Shown: positions 21,982 through 31,723, numbered from the stretch's first letter. The stretch is DNA of 64,000 bases from Candidatus Izemoplasmatales bacterium (GCA_050949045.1 JBMNEZ010000001.1:512001-576000); one strand, 5' to 3'. Program-made: numbers and translations. The notes: generated by a model not told the origin, from the letters alone.

Positions 21982-22533
21982 ATGATGGAAATCATTATCA
22001 TCTATGATTCCTACTTCGGCAATACTCTCAAAGTGGCGGAAATGTTTCAAAGCGAGTTTGCGACTGGCAACTATCATGCCTTGATTAAGCATTGCGGACA
22101 GGCTTCTTTAGAAGACATCCAACGCTCAAAACTCGTGCTTCTCGGTTCTCCGACCAGAGGATTCCGTGAGTCACCGGCGATGATGTCATTTCTAAAGCGT
22201 AAAGACATTTGCCTTAAAGACAAGCGAGTCTTCGCTTTTGACACGAGAATCAGCATAATTGACATTAAATCTAAACTGCTCAGGCGACTGATGAAACGGT
22301 TCGGGTATGCTGCTACAAATATGGAGAAAAGATTGAAAAAAAACGGGGTTGAAGTCGTCATGCCAGCCACCGGCTATCCTGTCGTCTCTGTGGAAGGGCC
22401 GCTAAAATCCGAAGTCGCCTCAATGATTGAAAACGACGCTCAAAGACTCTTAAGTGCTTTGTATGGCTCTGATACACTAGGAGGATACCCTGATGTCCAG
22501 ACAACAACGAGTGCGGAAAGTTTTAAAACATAA
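21982..22533 (+). CDS. Flavodoxin-like protein
   Basis: IIYDSYFGNT, LLGSPT, AFDTR; RBS GAGG before ATG at 21982. Confidence 0.85.
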   Translation: MMEIIIIYDSYFGNTLKVAEMFQSEFATGNYHALIKHCGQASLEDIQRSKLVLLGSPTRGFRESPAMMSFLKRKDICLKDKRVFAFDTRISIIDIKSKLLRRLMKRFGYAATNMEKRLKKNGVEVVMPATGYPVVSVEGPLKSEVASMIENDAQRLLSALYGSDTLGGYPDVQTTTSAESFKT

Positions 22534-23215
22534 TCTGTTCATCACCTTTTTAAAGGGATTGTTGCGGCTTTTTGTTCGCAAACCGCAGATAGTTGGGGAA
22601 CAATTACCAACAAAACCATCAATCATCCTTGCCAACCACAAGGGTGCAGCAGGACCATTGGTTTTGTCACTCTACTTCCCCGCGCTGTTTGTGCCTTGGG
22701 GGCATTACCAAATGACGGAAGGATATCTTAGGCGTTTTGATTATCTTTATCGGGTGTTCTATCGGACCAAACTTGGTAAAGGCAAGGTGGCATCCTTCAT
22801 CCTCGCGGTTTTGTTTGGGCTCGTCTCCAAATTGATCTACAATGGTATGCATGTCATACCTTCATATCCGGATCTGAGGCTTAGAAGAACACTGAGGATC
22901 AGTTTCGCCCACCTTGACGAAGGCAATAACGTCCTCGTTTTTCCCGAAGACTCAAATTCTGGTTATCATGATGTTCCCAATTCATTTTTTGGCGGGTTTG
23001 CCGTTTTGGCGATCGAATACTACCGCAGGACAAAAATCGATGTACCGATAACTCCTGTCTTCTTCAGCAAACCCGACCGCTTGATCGCGATTGGTGAAAG
23101 TATATCGATCAAGAGCCTTCTTGATCAAGGAATGGACCGTCGCGACATCACTAAGCATTTTGAAGTCCTTTGCGACACTTTGCATAAAAAATATGTTATC
23201 GATAAAAAACGGTAA
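22493..23215 (+). CDS. Acyltransferase (PlsC/LPLAT-like)
   Basis: IILANH...GP, VLVFPED, VPITPV. Confidence 0.7.
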   Translation: MSRQQRVRKVLKHNLFITFLKGLLRLFVRKPQIVGEQLPTKPSIILANHKGAAGPLVLSLYFPALFVPWGHYQMTEGYLRRFDYLYRVFYRTKLGKGKVASFILAVLFGLVSKLIYNGMHVIPSYPDLRLRRTLRISFAHLDEGNNVLVFPEDSNSGYHDVPNSFFGGFAVLAIEYYRRTKIDVPITPVFFSKPDRLIAIGESISIKSLLDQGMDRRDITKHFEVLCDTLHKKYVIDKKR

Positions 23216-23289
23216 TTGATTGACACTATGTCGATTTTGCGATACATTTTAGCCATAAAGAAGCTTTATCAAGCGGAGGTAAGTGGAAG

Positions 23290-23448
23290 ATGAAATGGGT
23301 TTGTGAAGTATGTGGTTATATTTATGATCCCGAATTTGGTGACCCGGACGGCGGCGTCGAGCCAGGAACGGCGTTCGAGGACATTCCCGAAGACTGGGTT
23401 TGCCCCGATTGCGGCGTCACCAAAGAAAATTTCAGCCCGCTCGACTAA
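23290..23448 (+). CDS. Rubredoxin (52 aa; not in the ORF track)
   Basis: Translated by eye: [61 protein letters not shown]. Confidence 0.96.
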   Translation: MKWVCEVCGYIYDPEFGDPDGGVEPGTAFEDIPEDWVCPDCGVTKENFSPLD

Positions 23449-23557
23449 ATTTAGGGCAAGATGTTTTTGGGTCCCTTGCGGTCCCTTTTCTCGTATGGAA
23501 ACGATATTTGATTTAATCATTAATCTGTCACACAGACATTAACGTGGAGGCTATAAC

Positions 23558-23962
23558 ATGAAGAAGTTTTTCAAGGAGTTTGGGGAATTTATCGCCAAAG
23601 GCAACGCCCTCGATCTCGCTGTCGGTCTTGTCATCGGGACAGCATTCAACGCCATCATCAAAAGTCTTGTAAATGATATCATCATGCCGTTGATCGGTTT
23701 GATTGCCAAAGCCGATGTTCGCAGCTGGTATGTTGTCTTGCGGGGAACGGCAACCTTTGACGCCGTCACCGGTCAATTGATTTTGTCCGAAGACGCGGTT
23801 TTGCTTACTTATGGGAACTTTATCCAGGCAATCCTCGATTTTCTGATCATTTCCTTGGCGATTTTCCTTGCTTTAAAAGTGATCATGAAACTTCAAAATC
23901 GTTTCAAGCAAATCAAGGAAAAACTGGTGAACAAAGAAGAAACTGAGGAAGCCAAGGAATAA
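23558..23962 (+). CDS. mscL: Large-conductance mechanosensitive channel
   Basis: FKEF..FIAKGNALDLAVGLVIGTAF..II.SLVNDIIMP...YGNFI. Confidence 0.95.
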   Translation: MKKFFKEFGEFIAKGNALDLAVGLVIGTAFNAIIKSLVNDIIMPLIGLIAKADVRSWYVVLRGTATFDAVTGQLILSEDAVLLTYGNFIQAILDFLIISLAIFLALKVIMKLQNRFKQIKEKLVNKEETEEAKE

Positions 23963-23978
23963 AATACTTCTGATTACG

Positions 23979-24059
23979 ATTCCCTCAATCGGTTTCGGAA
24001 CCTGGCAGATACAAAAAGACGACATCGTCTATAGCGAAATCTCGACCGTGATCAAAGTT
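23979..24059 (+). pseudogene. Aldo/keto reductase N-terminal fragment
   Basis: Reads IPSIGFGTWQIQKDDIVYSEISTVIKV, the AKR IP.IGFGTWQ motif. No start codon or RBS; cut off before GYRHIDTA. Confidence 0.6.
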
Positions 24060-24080
24060 CTTGCTGTCTCTTGCGATGAA

Positions 24081-24112
24081 GCCCGCAAAAAAGATGCGGG
24101 TTTTTGCTTTTT
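24081..24112 (+). terminator. Probable terminator
   Basis: GCCCGCA-aaaaaga-TGCGGGT followed by T tracts. Confidence 0.6.
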
Positions 24113-24240
24113 TACAGGGTGGAATCAATGGCGTTGTAGTCTGGCGAGGAGAGTTTGATTTGGAGAATCGATGAAATCAACAAAGAAATCCGCAATAAGA
24201 AATTGTTTTTCATAACCAATAGTGCTATAATAAAATCGAC

Positions 24241-24329
24241 TCAAGGTGTATAACAGGGAACCAAGTGCGAATCTTGGACTGTGCCAGCAACCGTGAAGAC
24301 GTCTGTCAAAGTCGGGAGACCTACCTTGA
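24241..24329 (+). ncRNA. Cobalamin riboswitch (short form)
   Basis: P1 TCAAGGT/ACCTTGA; AACAGGGAA; CCAAG-TGCGAAT-CTTGG; ACTGTGCCAGCAACCGT; B12-box-like AGTCGGGAGACCT. Lies after a TGcTATAAT promoter and before B12-uptake-type genes. Confidence 0.88.
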
Positions 24330-24360
24330 AGTCCAAAATTTAATCTGAGAGGATCAAAAA

Positions 24361-24780
24361 ATGAAGCGAAAAGTACTGGGGATCATGCTGTTCCTTCTGA
24401 TTTTGCCTATTTTTTTTGGCTGTCAGGCGGAAACAAGCACAACGGAATTTCATTCAGGCCAAATCACGTTTGAACTGTATGACCAAGAGGGAGTCAAGAT
24501 TTCCGAAAAGACAGTCTCCTTTGATGCAGACGACACCTTGCTGAGCTTGCTGATGGACAACTACACTGTCTATTGTCAAGGGCAAGACGGCAACCCTGAC
24601 GAAACTTGCTCGTTTGAAACGCAATACGGCTATTACATCATGGGGATCGACACTGTCACCGCCTTCACAGGCAACGCCTATATTGCGATGTATGTCAACG
24701 ACGCCTACTCGATGACGGGGATCAGCGATACCCCTGTTGTCGACGGTAATGTCTACCAATTCAAATTTGAAACTTACTAA
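24361..24780 (+). CDS. Lipoprotein with DUF4430/transcobalamin-like domain (probable cobalamin binding)
   Basis: Lipobox FFGC; TLLSLL...YGYYIMGID...YIAMYVNDAYSMTGISD..V.DG; riboswitch-controlled position. Confidence 0.75.
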   Translation: MKRKVLGIMLFLLILPIFFGCQAETSTTEFHSGQITFELYDQEGVKISEKTVSFDADDTLLSLLMDNYTVYCQGQDGNPDETCSFETQYGYYIMGIDTVTAFTGNAYIAMYVNDAYSMTGISDTPVVDGNVYQFKFETY

Positions 24781-25321
24781 AAAACGTAATGCCACTCTAA
24801 GACAAGTCATTTTGACGGGAATGTTCCTAGCGATTTTAGTCGTTCAGGAACAATTGCTGATATTCCTGCCTAATATTCAGCTTACCGTTGTTTTGATTAT
24901 GGTTTATGCCAGTTTTATGCCCAGCCACCTGCTAGGGTTTTTGATTGTCGGCTATGTTTTTCTCGACAATCTGATCATGGGTTCGTTCAGCATAATCTAT
25001 ACGCCGCCAATGTTGATCGCCTGGATACTCCTCGCCGTTATCGGGAGATTGGTTCGCAATAGCTCGATGATTGTCGTTCTCCTTTCGGCGTTTCTTTTCG
25101 GTTTTGTCTATGGATGGATCTACATTCCCTTCAGCATGATCGTTCACGGTATCGATATTTTTTGGCCGTATCTACTAGCCGACCTGCCTTTTGAGATTAC
25201 GATGGCTCTCAACAACTATCTGACAGTTCTCATTCTCTACAAGCCTTTGAGGGCATTGCTCGAACCTTTGATGATACCAAAAAATGAAAATGAGGAAACT
25301 GACGCTCCTCCTTGTTTTTGA
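24767..25321 (+). CDS. ECF transporter S-component (CbrT-like, cobalamin)
   Basis: About six TM helices with LPNIQL and YLLADLPFE motifs; overlaps the upstream stop; start uncertain (TTG 24767). Confidence 0.75.
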   Translation: MKLTKKRNATLRQVILTGMFLAILVVQEQLLIFLPNIQLTVVLIMVYASFMPSHLLGFLIVGYVFLDNLIMGSFSIIYTPPMLIAWILLAVIGRLVRNSSMIVVLLSAFLFGFVYGWIYIPFSMIVHGIDIFWPYLLADLPFEITMALNNYLTVLILYKPLRALLEPLMIPKNENEETDAPPCF

Positions 25322-25327
25322 TTGGTG

Positions 25328-25357
25328 AAAGGTCGTCTCGCTAGAGACGGCCTTTTT
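25328..25357 (+). terminator. Intrinsic terminator
   Basis: AAAGGTCGTCTC-gcta-GAGACGGCCTTTTT. Confidence 0.85.
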
Positions 25358-25646
25358 AATTGGTAGGATGAACTAATCTTGATAATCAATAATATTCTGC
25401 GTATGACAATAATGTTGTCACCAAATTGTTTGTCAAACACGGACTCGCATCGAAGAATTCTTATCTCATCGACTATGAGTTGTTATATTGTAATTTCACC
25501 TCACTGACTATGATTTTGACTATGGTAGTTACAAATCTTGCCAAGTAAACGACAGAGTACCGATGATGTATTTTTTCTTTATTTTTTTATTATATACTAT
25601 CTATGAATATTGCTCGGTTAAAACTTAATATTAAGGAGGAAAAAAG

Positions 25647-27959
25647 ATGCGAATCAAAAGGCTTCTTGTGTTTGCACTTATTTTTGCATTTTTGGGTTTA
25701 CTTCTAGCTTGTGATGAACTGACATCACAACCGCCAACAACGCAGACATCGACAACACAGTTGTCAACGACAAAACTGACAACAACTCAATCACCGACAA
25801 CTACGCCCCCAACGACTCAATCACCGACAACTACGCCCCCAACGACGCAATTACCAACAACTACGCTTCCAACGACACAACCGTCATCAACTATGCCTAC
25901 AACAACGCAACCACCGACAACAATGCCTACAACGACGCAACCACCGACAACTATGCCTACAACGACGCAACCACCGACAACTATGCCTACAACAACGCAA
26001 CCACCGACAACTATGCCTACAACGACGCAACCTACTACAACACAGCCGTTAACAACACAGCCGACTACAACATTACCACCAACAACGCAGGCACCAACGA
26101 CCCTAAATCCTGCAGATTATCCACAATTGTTCAATCCTAGCAATCCGGATGTTTATGTTTTCGAAGCTGAAGCTGGACAGATAACTGGAACGCCTTCTTA
26201 TGGAGAGGTTTTCATTGAAAATATCGAAGCAGCATCAGGTGGACAAACAGTAGGATATTTTGCAACTCTAGGCAATAAAATCACTTGGAACATCAATGCT
26301 ACTGAAAACGTTACAGTTGCGATCGATTTAGTTATGTCTAGTTCTCTTATGAGACAGACTGATTATGTTGTAATCAATCAACCGATTAACCCTTCAACGT
26401 TTGGTGTTAAAGTGAATGGGGTGGCAATAAGCTATCCGGAATACATAGTTCCCGGATCCAACGAAGCGTGGGTTTTCAATTCAGTCTGGGGCGATTTCGT
26501 TATTAGCGGAATCAATTTGGTCAAAGGCGCAAATACGATAGAAATAGAAGTGCTAAACACTAATGCCGCACCAAATATGGATGTACTCAAGATAAAGTCT
26601 GCGCAACAACTTACTACAGGAAGCGGCGGGCCAACAGAACCACAGGAAAATTATGAAGGCGATATATCATACTCATTAGTCATTGAAGGCTATGAATGGG
26701 GACCGTCCGTTTCAAAGATAGTGCTTCATTTTGAAGATCATCAAATAGGTAAAAACACATTTGATAAAGATACCTTCAAAGTATTAGCAGGTTCTACTGC
26801 CAGAAATGTCCTTGCGGCCTATCTATCTGATGCACAAGGAAAAGAAATTGTCGATGACAATTCAAATTACGTAACATTAGCTTTTGAAGTCGGATACAGT
26901 AGATACCAGCCGATTCATAATTCCTCAGTTTTTTCTTATACTGGCGGAAGAAATGTTTTTAGGAATCTGGCAATCTACAGCGTTTCGCTTCAAACTGGCA
27001 AGAGCCTTGTGATCAATTCTGTTGAGTATAAACAGGTGAATGTAGCTTCATCCAAGTATAGTGGCAGGATATCGCCAGACACTGATGGACTGCTAAAGGG
27101 TAGTTTTTCAGACGGAAGCAGAACACTTACATATGCGGCTTATGAAACCGAAGCGATGAAAAACGATAGCGGTAAAAATCCATTGATTATCTGGCTTCAT
27201 GGCGCTGGCGAAGGCGGAATAGATGTTGATATTGCCATACTAGGCAATGAAGCAACTGCGTTATTTAAAGATCCGATTCAATCATATTTTAGAACAGAAC
27301 TTCTTCAAGGCGCTTATGTTCTTGTAGTTCAAACGCCGACGGCATGGATGGATTCTGGCAGTGGACAACACTCAGGAAATGAACCGTCCATTTACACAGC
27401 ATTACTTATGGCGACTATTGAACATTATACGGGATTGAACTCAGATGTAGATAAAAACAGAATCTATATAGGCGGATGTTCAAACGGTGGATACATGACA
27501 ATGAATATGATTATCGAGTATCCGAATTACTTTGCGGCTGCCTATCCAATCTGTGAAGCCTATATGAATTCCTATGTCGATGAAACCAAATTGAACAAGA
27601 TAAAAGATTTGCCGATTTGGTTCATAACAGCAGCTAATGACACCACAGTATCGCCAGCCAACTTTACAGTTGCCACATATGTGAGATTGATTCAAGCCGG
27701 AGCAGAAAATGTTCATTTCTCATATTTTTCAACCGTAATCGGCAAAGACCAGCCTGGAGCGAACTATTTTGGCCATTGGTCATGGATTTATGCATTCAAC
27801 GATGAGGTGTCTTTGGACCAAAACAAAGCCGCTGTCTTTACAAATGGAGCCAGCGCAGTCAGTGCGCCAAGCACTGTCCAGGTTTTGGTTGGAGAAACAC
27901 CAGTCAATCTATGGCAATGGCTTGCAAGTAGAAAACTGCCTGAAGTTCCTCAAGAATAA
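25647..27959 (+). CDS. Lipoprotein: Thr/Pro repeat stalk, CBM35-like domain, Ig-like domain and alpha/beta-hydrolase (EstA-like esterase)
   Basis: Lipobox LLAC; VYVFEAE...ASGG..VGY...GANTIEI...PNMD; YEWGP..SKIV; WLHGAGEGG, GCSNGG (nucleophile), DTTV, GHWSW. Confidence 0.85.
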   Translation: MRIKRLLVFALIFAFLGLLLACDELTSQPPTTQTSTTQLSTTKLTTTQSPTTTPPTTQSPTTTPPTTQLPTTTLPTTQPSSTMPTTTQPPTTMPTTTQPPTTMPTTTQPPTTMPTTTQPPTTMPTTTQPTTTQPLTTQPTTTLPPTTQAPTTLNPADYPQLFNPSNPDVYVFEAEAGQITGTPSYGEVFIENIEAASGGQTVGYFATLGNKITWNINATENVTVAIDLVMSSSLMRQTDYVVINQPINPSTFGVKVNGVAISYPEYIVPGSNEAWVFNSVWGDFVISGINLVKGANTIEIEVLNTNAAPNMDVLKIKSAQQLTTGSGGPTEPQENYEGDISYSLVIEGYEWGPSVSKIVLHFEDHQIGKNTFDKDTFKVLAGSTARNVLAAYLSDAQGKEIVDDNSNYVTLAFEVGYSRYQPIHNSSVFSYTGGRNVFRNLAIYSVSLQTGKSLVINSVEYKQVNVASSKYSGRISPDTDGLLKGSFSDGSRTLTYAAYETEAMKNDSGKNPLIIWLHGAGEGGIDVDIAILGNEATALFKDPIQSYFRTELLQGAYVLVVQTPTAWMDSGSGQHSGNEPSIYTALLMATIEHYTGLNSDVDKNRIYIGGCSNGGYMTMNMIIEYPNYFAAAYPICEAYMNSYVDETKLNKIKDLPIWFITAANDTTVSPANFTVATYVRLIQAGAENVHFSYFSTVIGKDQPGANYFGHWSWIYAFNDEVSLDQNKAAVFTNGASAVSAPSTVQVLVGETPVNLWQWLASRKLPEVPQE
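25791..26030 (+). repeat. Intragenic tandem repeat, 8 x 30 bp (PPTTMPTTTQ-like), inside a wider 15-bp periodic tract (~25731-26101)
   Basis: Unit CCACCGACAACTATGCCTACAACGACGCAA is near-identical at 25911, 25941, 25971 and 26001; variant units at 25791-25910. Confidence 0.92.
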
Positions 27960-28051
27960 ACTACTTACACTAAAACCATAGCACAATCGAAAGCATCAAC
28001 TAATAAGCAAACCGAAGGATCAATGAACTTAATATATGTCACTCGCAGAAG

Positions 28052-28093
28052 AAAGCCAATCTTGATTAAACAACATCTGGATTGGCTTTTTTT
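28052..28093 (+). terminator. Probable terminator of the esterase lipoprotein gene
   Basis: AAAGCCAATC...GATTGGCTTTTTTT. Confidence 0.65.
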
Positions 28094-28113
28094 ATGGATG
28101 CTGAAAATATTAT

Positions 28114-28142
28114 AAAAAGCCGTCTCTTTTGAGACGACTTTC
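28114..28142 (-). terminator. Intrinsic terminator of clpB
   Basis: Minus strand GAAAGTCGTCTC-aaaa-GAGACGGCTTTTT directly after the stop codon. Confidence 0.8.
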
Positions 28143-28143
28143 T

Positions 28144-30258
28144 CTAATTGGTGACGGTAAAACTATCCCGGTAATCGATTTTGATCGGCTTGGTGGCATC
28201 AATGCCGTCACCGACGATTGCGCGGGCAATCGCTGTTTCCAAATACCTCTGGATGTAACGCTTGAGCGGCCTAGCACCGTACTCGGGATCATAGGCGTTG
28301 TCGATGACTGCGCGTCCGACGGCTTCGGTGAAATCGACGCTGATGCCCGTTTTCTGAAGCCTTGTCTTGAGATCTGTGAGCATCTTTTGGACGATCAAGA
28401 CTTGTGTTTCCCGATTAAGTGAGTTGAAGATGACGATCTCGTCAATCCGATTGATGAACTCAGGTTTGAAAGACTTTCTGATCAAGGCCTCGACTTTAAA
28501 TTGGGCATCGTGGTCATTCTTCATCAGATATTCACTGCCAAGGTTTGAGGTCATGATGATGATCGTGTTCTTGAAGTCGACCGTGCGGCCCTGATTGTCG
28601 GTAAGCCGGCCGTCATCGAGGATCTGCAACAAAACGTTGAAGACCTCGGGATGGGCTTTCTCGATTTCGTCGAAGAGAACGATCGAATATGGTTTGCGCC
28701 TGATTGCCTCTGTCAACTGCCCGCCTTCATCATAGCCGACATAACCTGGGGGCGCGCCAATCAGCCTTGTGACGGCGAAGGACTCCATATATTCGCTCAT
28801 ATCGATGCGGACGATCTGGTTCTCACTGGCGAAGAGTTGTTCAGCGAGCGCTTTGGCCACTTCGGTTTTTCCTACTCCGGTGGGTCCTAAAAACATGAAC
28901 GATCCGATTGGCCGGGCTTCATTCTTGATCCCCGCACGCTGGCGGATGATCGCGTCCGCGACCAACTTGATTGCTTTGTCTTGCCCAATGACCCTCGCTT
29001 TCAGATTTTCTTCGAGATTGACGAGTTTCTTCTTGTCGCCCTGAAGCAGCTTAGAAACGGGAATCTTAGTCCATTTTGAAACGATATCCGCGATCTCCTG
29101 ATCGTTGACGACCTCGCTGATCAGATGATGGTTTTCTTGTTTTTGCCGGTTCATGATTTCTTTTTCTAAGGTTGGAATCTTACTGTACTGCAATTCGGCG
29201 GCTTTCGAATAGTCGCTCTGGTTGAGGGCGTTTTGCAGTTCGGTTCTCAGTTGTTCGAGTTTTGCCTTGTCTTTTTTGATGGCTTCGAGCTCACGCTTTT
29301 CCCGTTCCCATTCGGTTTTGAGAACGGAACCCTCCTGGTTGAGTTTGTCGAGTTCTTTATTCAGTTCGGCGAGACGTTTCTTGCTTAAGGGATCAGACTC
29401 TTTCTCGAGCACGCGCTTCTCAATCTCAAGTTGCATCGCTTTGCGCTTGATGTCATCGAGTTCGGCAGGCATCGAGTCGATCTCCATGCGGATCGAGGCG
29501 CAGGCTTCATCGATCAGATCGATCGCCTTGTCTGGCAGAAAGCGGTCGGTGATGTAGCGCTCCGAGAGCGTAGCTGCCGCGATGATGGCATTGTCGGCGA
29601 TATGGACGCCGTGATGGGCTTCAAATCGGTCTTTCAAACCCCTGATGATTGAGATGGTATCGGCGACGGTGGGTTCCTCGATCAAAACTTTCTGGAAACG
29701 CCGTTCAAGGGCATTGTCCTTTTCAATATACTTGCGATACTCATTGAGGGTCGTGGCCCCGATGCAGTGGAGTTCGCCGCGGGCGAGCATCGGCTTCAAC
29801 ATATTGGAGGCGTCGAGAGCCCCTTCGGCCTTGCCTGCGCCCACAATCATGTGGATCTCATCGATGAAAAGGATAATCTCGCCTTCTGAATCCTTGATTT
29901 TCTTGAGCACTGCCTTGAGCCTTTCTTCGAACTCGCCCCGATATTTGGCACCGGCGAGAAGACTGGCCAGGTCAAGTTCATAGATCGTCTTTGTTTCAAG
30001 ACCGGCCGGGACATCCTTGTCGACGATTCTACGTGCGAGTCCTTCGACGATCGCCGTTTTACCGACGCCAGGCTCACCAATCAAGACGGGGTTGTTCTTG
30101 GTCTTTCGGCTCAGAATCTTGATGATTCTGCGGATTTCTTCCTCTCTACCGATGACAGGATCGATTTTACCGCTTTTGACTTCATTGATGATATTGCGCC
30201 CGTATTTTTCTAGAATTTCGGGATCGTTTTCGAGATTTTGTGGTTCTTGATAGTTCAT
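28144..30258 (-). CDS. clpB: Chaperone ClpB lacking the N-terminal repeat domain
   Basis: [20 protein letters not shown], coiled-coil M domain, [28 protein letters not shown]; starts directly at NBD1. Confidence 0.95.
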   Translation of the reverse strand: MNYQEPQNLENDPEILEKYGRNIINEVKSGKIDPVIGREEEIRRIIKILSRKTKNNPVLIGEPGVGKTAIVEGLARRIVDKDVPAGLETKTIYELDLASLLAGAKYRGEFEERLKAVLKKIKDSEGEIILFIDEIHMIVGAGKAEGALDASNMLKPMLARGELHCIGATTLNEYRKYIEKDNALERRFQKVLIEEPTVADTISIIRGLKDRFEAHHGVHIADNAIIAAATLSERYITDRFLPDKAIDLIDEACASIRMEIDSMPAELDDIKRKAMQLEIEKRVLEKESDPLSKKRLAELNKELDKLNQEGSVLKTEWEREKRELEAIKKDKAKLEQLRTELQNALNQSDYSKAAELQYSKIPTLEKEIMNRQKQENHHLISEVVNDQEIADIVSKWTKIPVSKLLQGDKKKLVNLEENLKARVIGQDKAIKLVADAIIRQRAGIKNEARPIGSFMFLGPTGVGKTEVAKALAEQLFASENQIVRIDMSEYMESFAVTRLIGAPPGYVGYDEGGQLTEAIRRKPYSIVLFDEIEKAHPEVFNVLLQILDDGRLTDNQGRTVDFKNTIIIMTSNLGSEYLMKNDHDAQFKVEALIRKSFKPEFINRIDEIVIFNSLNRETQVLIVQKMLTDLKTRLQKTGISVDFTEAVGRAVIDNAYDPEYGARPLKRYIQRYLETAIARAIVGDGIDATKPIKIDYRDSFTVTN

Positions 30259-30287
30259 ATTGATCACTCCTTGGTAATCTTAATAAT

Positions 30288-30330
30288 ATTATACTATCAA
30301 TTGTTAGCACTGTCAATGATAGAGTGCTAA
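30288..30330 (-). promoter_or_regulatory. CIRCE overlapping the -35 of the clpB SigA promoter
   Basis: TTAGCACTG-N9-GAGTGCTAA at 30304-30330; minus-strand TTGACA, 17 nt, TATAAT. Confidence 0.92.
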
Positions 30331-30558
30331 TGATGCTTAAAATAGTTTCAAAATCGGTGCCGGCGTGATTCATCTCATTAAGACTGCAAAATACCTTAAT
30401 CGGTTTTTGTGCTCGTCAAAAAAAACATGTTCACTCGATTCCCAAATACTATATAGAGTGGAGTGATCTTTCTTTGTATCACAGTGTTTTGTTTTTAGTC
30501 ATTAAGTAGAAGAATATAATCGATTGAGGCCTCCGTTTTGGAGACTCTTCTACGTTTA

Positions 30559-30587
30559 TTGACAAGAAATAATCGCTATAATATAAT
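30559..30587 (+). promoter_or_regulatory. Consensus SigA promoter
   Basis: TTGACA, 17 nt, TATAAT upstream of the cysteine desulfurase. Confidence 0.75.
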
Positions 30588-30619
30588 GATGATAACGGCG
30601 ACATAGATCGGAGGATCAG

Positions 30620-31723
30620 ATGGTTTATCTCGATTATTCCGCCACAACTCCATGCGATGAGCGTGTTCTCCAAGTTTACGTTAACACCATCAGAGCACAG
30701 TTCGCAAATCCAAATTCGGGCCACCGTCTCGGACTTGAAACCAGAGCCAACTACCTGAGTCAGACCCAGTCGATCGCCGCGCTTTTGAATATGGAAGAGA
30801 GCGAGGTCGTTCTTACCAGCGGCGCGACCGAGGCCAACAACCTCGCCATCAGGGGAGTCGTTGCCGAAAAAGGCGCTCATGCGCTCACAACACCCTACGA
30901 ACACCCATCGGTGATCGCTTGTTTTTCCTCGCTTCAAAAGAAAGGGATCGAAGTCGAATTCGTTCCCACTGACGCCAATGGGGTGGTTGACATCCAAGCA
31001 ATGCGACAGCTGATCAGAGAGAATACTTATCTGGTATCGATCGGAGCTGTCAACTCGGAGATCGGTATTGCTCAGGATCTTGATGCTGTCAAGGAAGTGT
31101 TGACAGCCTATCCCTCGGTGCTTTTCCATTCCGACATCACCCAAGCCCTTGGCAAACTTCCTTTGCCAAAGAGAATGCCCGATCTTGTATCTCTGTCCGC
31201 TCACAAGATTTATGGTTTAAAAGGTTCAGGCGCGCTTTTGAAACCAAAAGGGTTGCGTCTCGAACGGATCTTGGCCGGCGGACACGGTTTATCCGCTTTC
31301 CGGCCTGGGACTCCCGATCTTCCGCAAGCAGTCATGCTCAACAAGGCAATTGCGTTGTCGCTTGCTACGTTTCCCGAACGATATAAATACATCGAGCGGT
31401 TGAATCGTGAGTTAAGAGAGCAAGTAGCCTTAATCAAAGGCGTCCACATCAATTCACCCAGAGGATCGCTCCCCCACATTTTGAATCTTTCTCTGCCACC
31501 ATATGAATCCAGCAAGCTCAGAGACTATCTTTCCCGCGAGGAGATCTACGTCTCGACACAGACAGCCTGTAGCGGTGACGCTCCTTTTTCAGAAGGAGTT
31601 TTGCGTTTGACCGGCGATCCTGCACTCGCCTCATCATCGATCCGGATTTCCTTGTCTCATCTTACAACATCAAGGGAAATCAACATCTTCCTAGAAGCGC
31701 TCAGAAAGCTGGTGCGACAATGA
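30620..31723 (+). CDS. Cysteine desulfurase (IscS/NifS group I)
   Basis: YLDYSATTP, TSGATEANN, EHPSV, SAHKIYG.KG, R.GT, STQTACS. Confidence 0.9.
   Translation: MVYLDYSATTPCDERVLQVYVNTIRAQFANPNSGHRLGLETRANYLSQTQSIAALLNMEESEVVLTSGATEANNLAIRGVVAEKGAHALTTPYEHPSVIACFSSLQKKGIEVEFVPTDANGVVDIQAMRQLIRENTYLVSIGAVNSEIGIAQDLDAVKEVLTAYPSVLFHSDITQALGKLPLPKRMPDLVSLSAHKIYGLKGSGALLKPKGLRLERILAGGHGLSAFRPGTPDLPQAVMLNKAIALSLATFPERYKYIERLNRELREQVALIKGVHINSPRGSLPHILNLSLPPYESSKLRDYLSREEIYVSTQTACSGDAPFSEGVLRLTGDPALASSSIRISLSHLTTSREINIFLEALRKLVRQ

Noticed and set aside
23269..23542. ORF-track calls 23303-23542 (+) and 23269-23520 (-)
   Set aside because: Both overlap the clear rubredoxin gene in another frame.
25471..25524. 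Three GACTATG direct repeats upstream of the esterase lipoprotein
   Set aside because: Short, irregularly spaced (35 and 12 nt), no adjacent regulator; may be chance.
25791..26030. 30-bp periodic array as a CRISPR
   Set aside because: No unique spacers, in-frame coding repeat, no cas genes.
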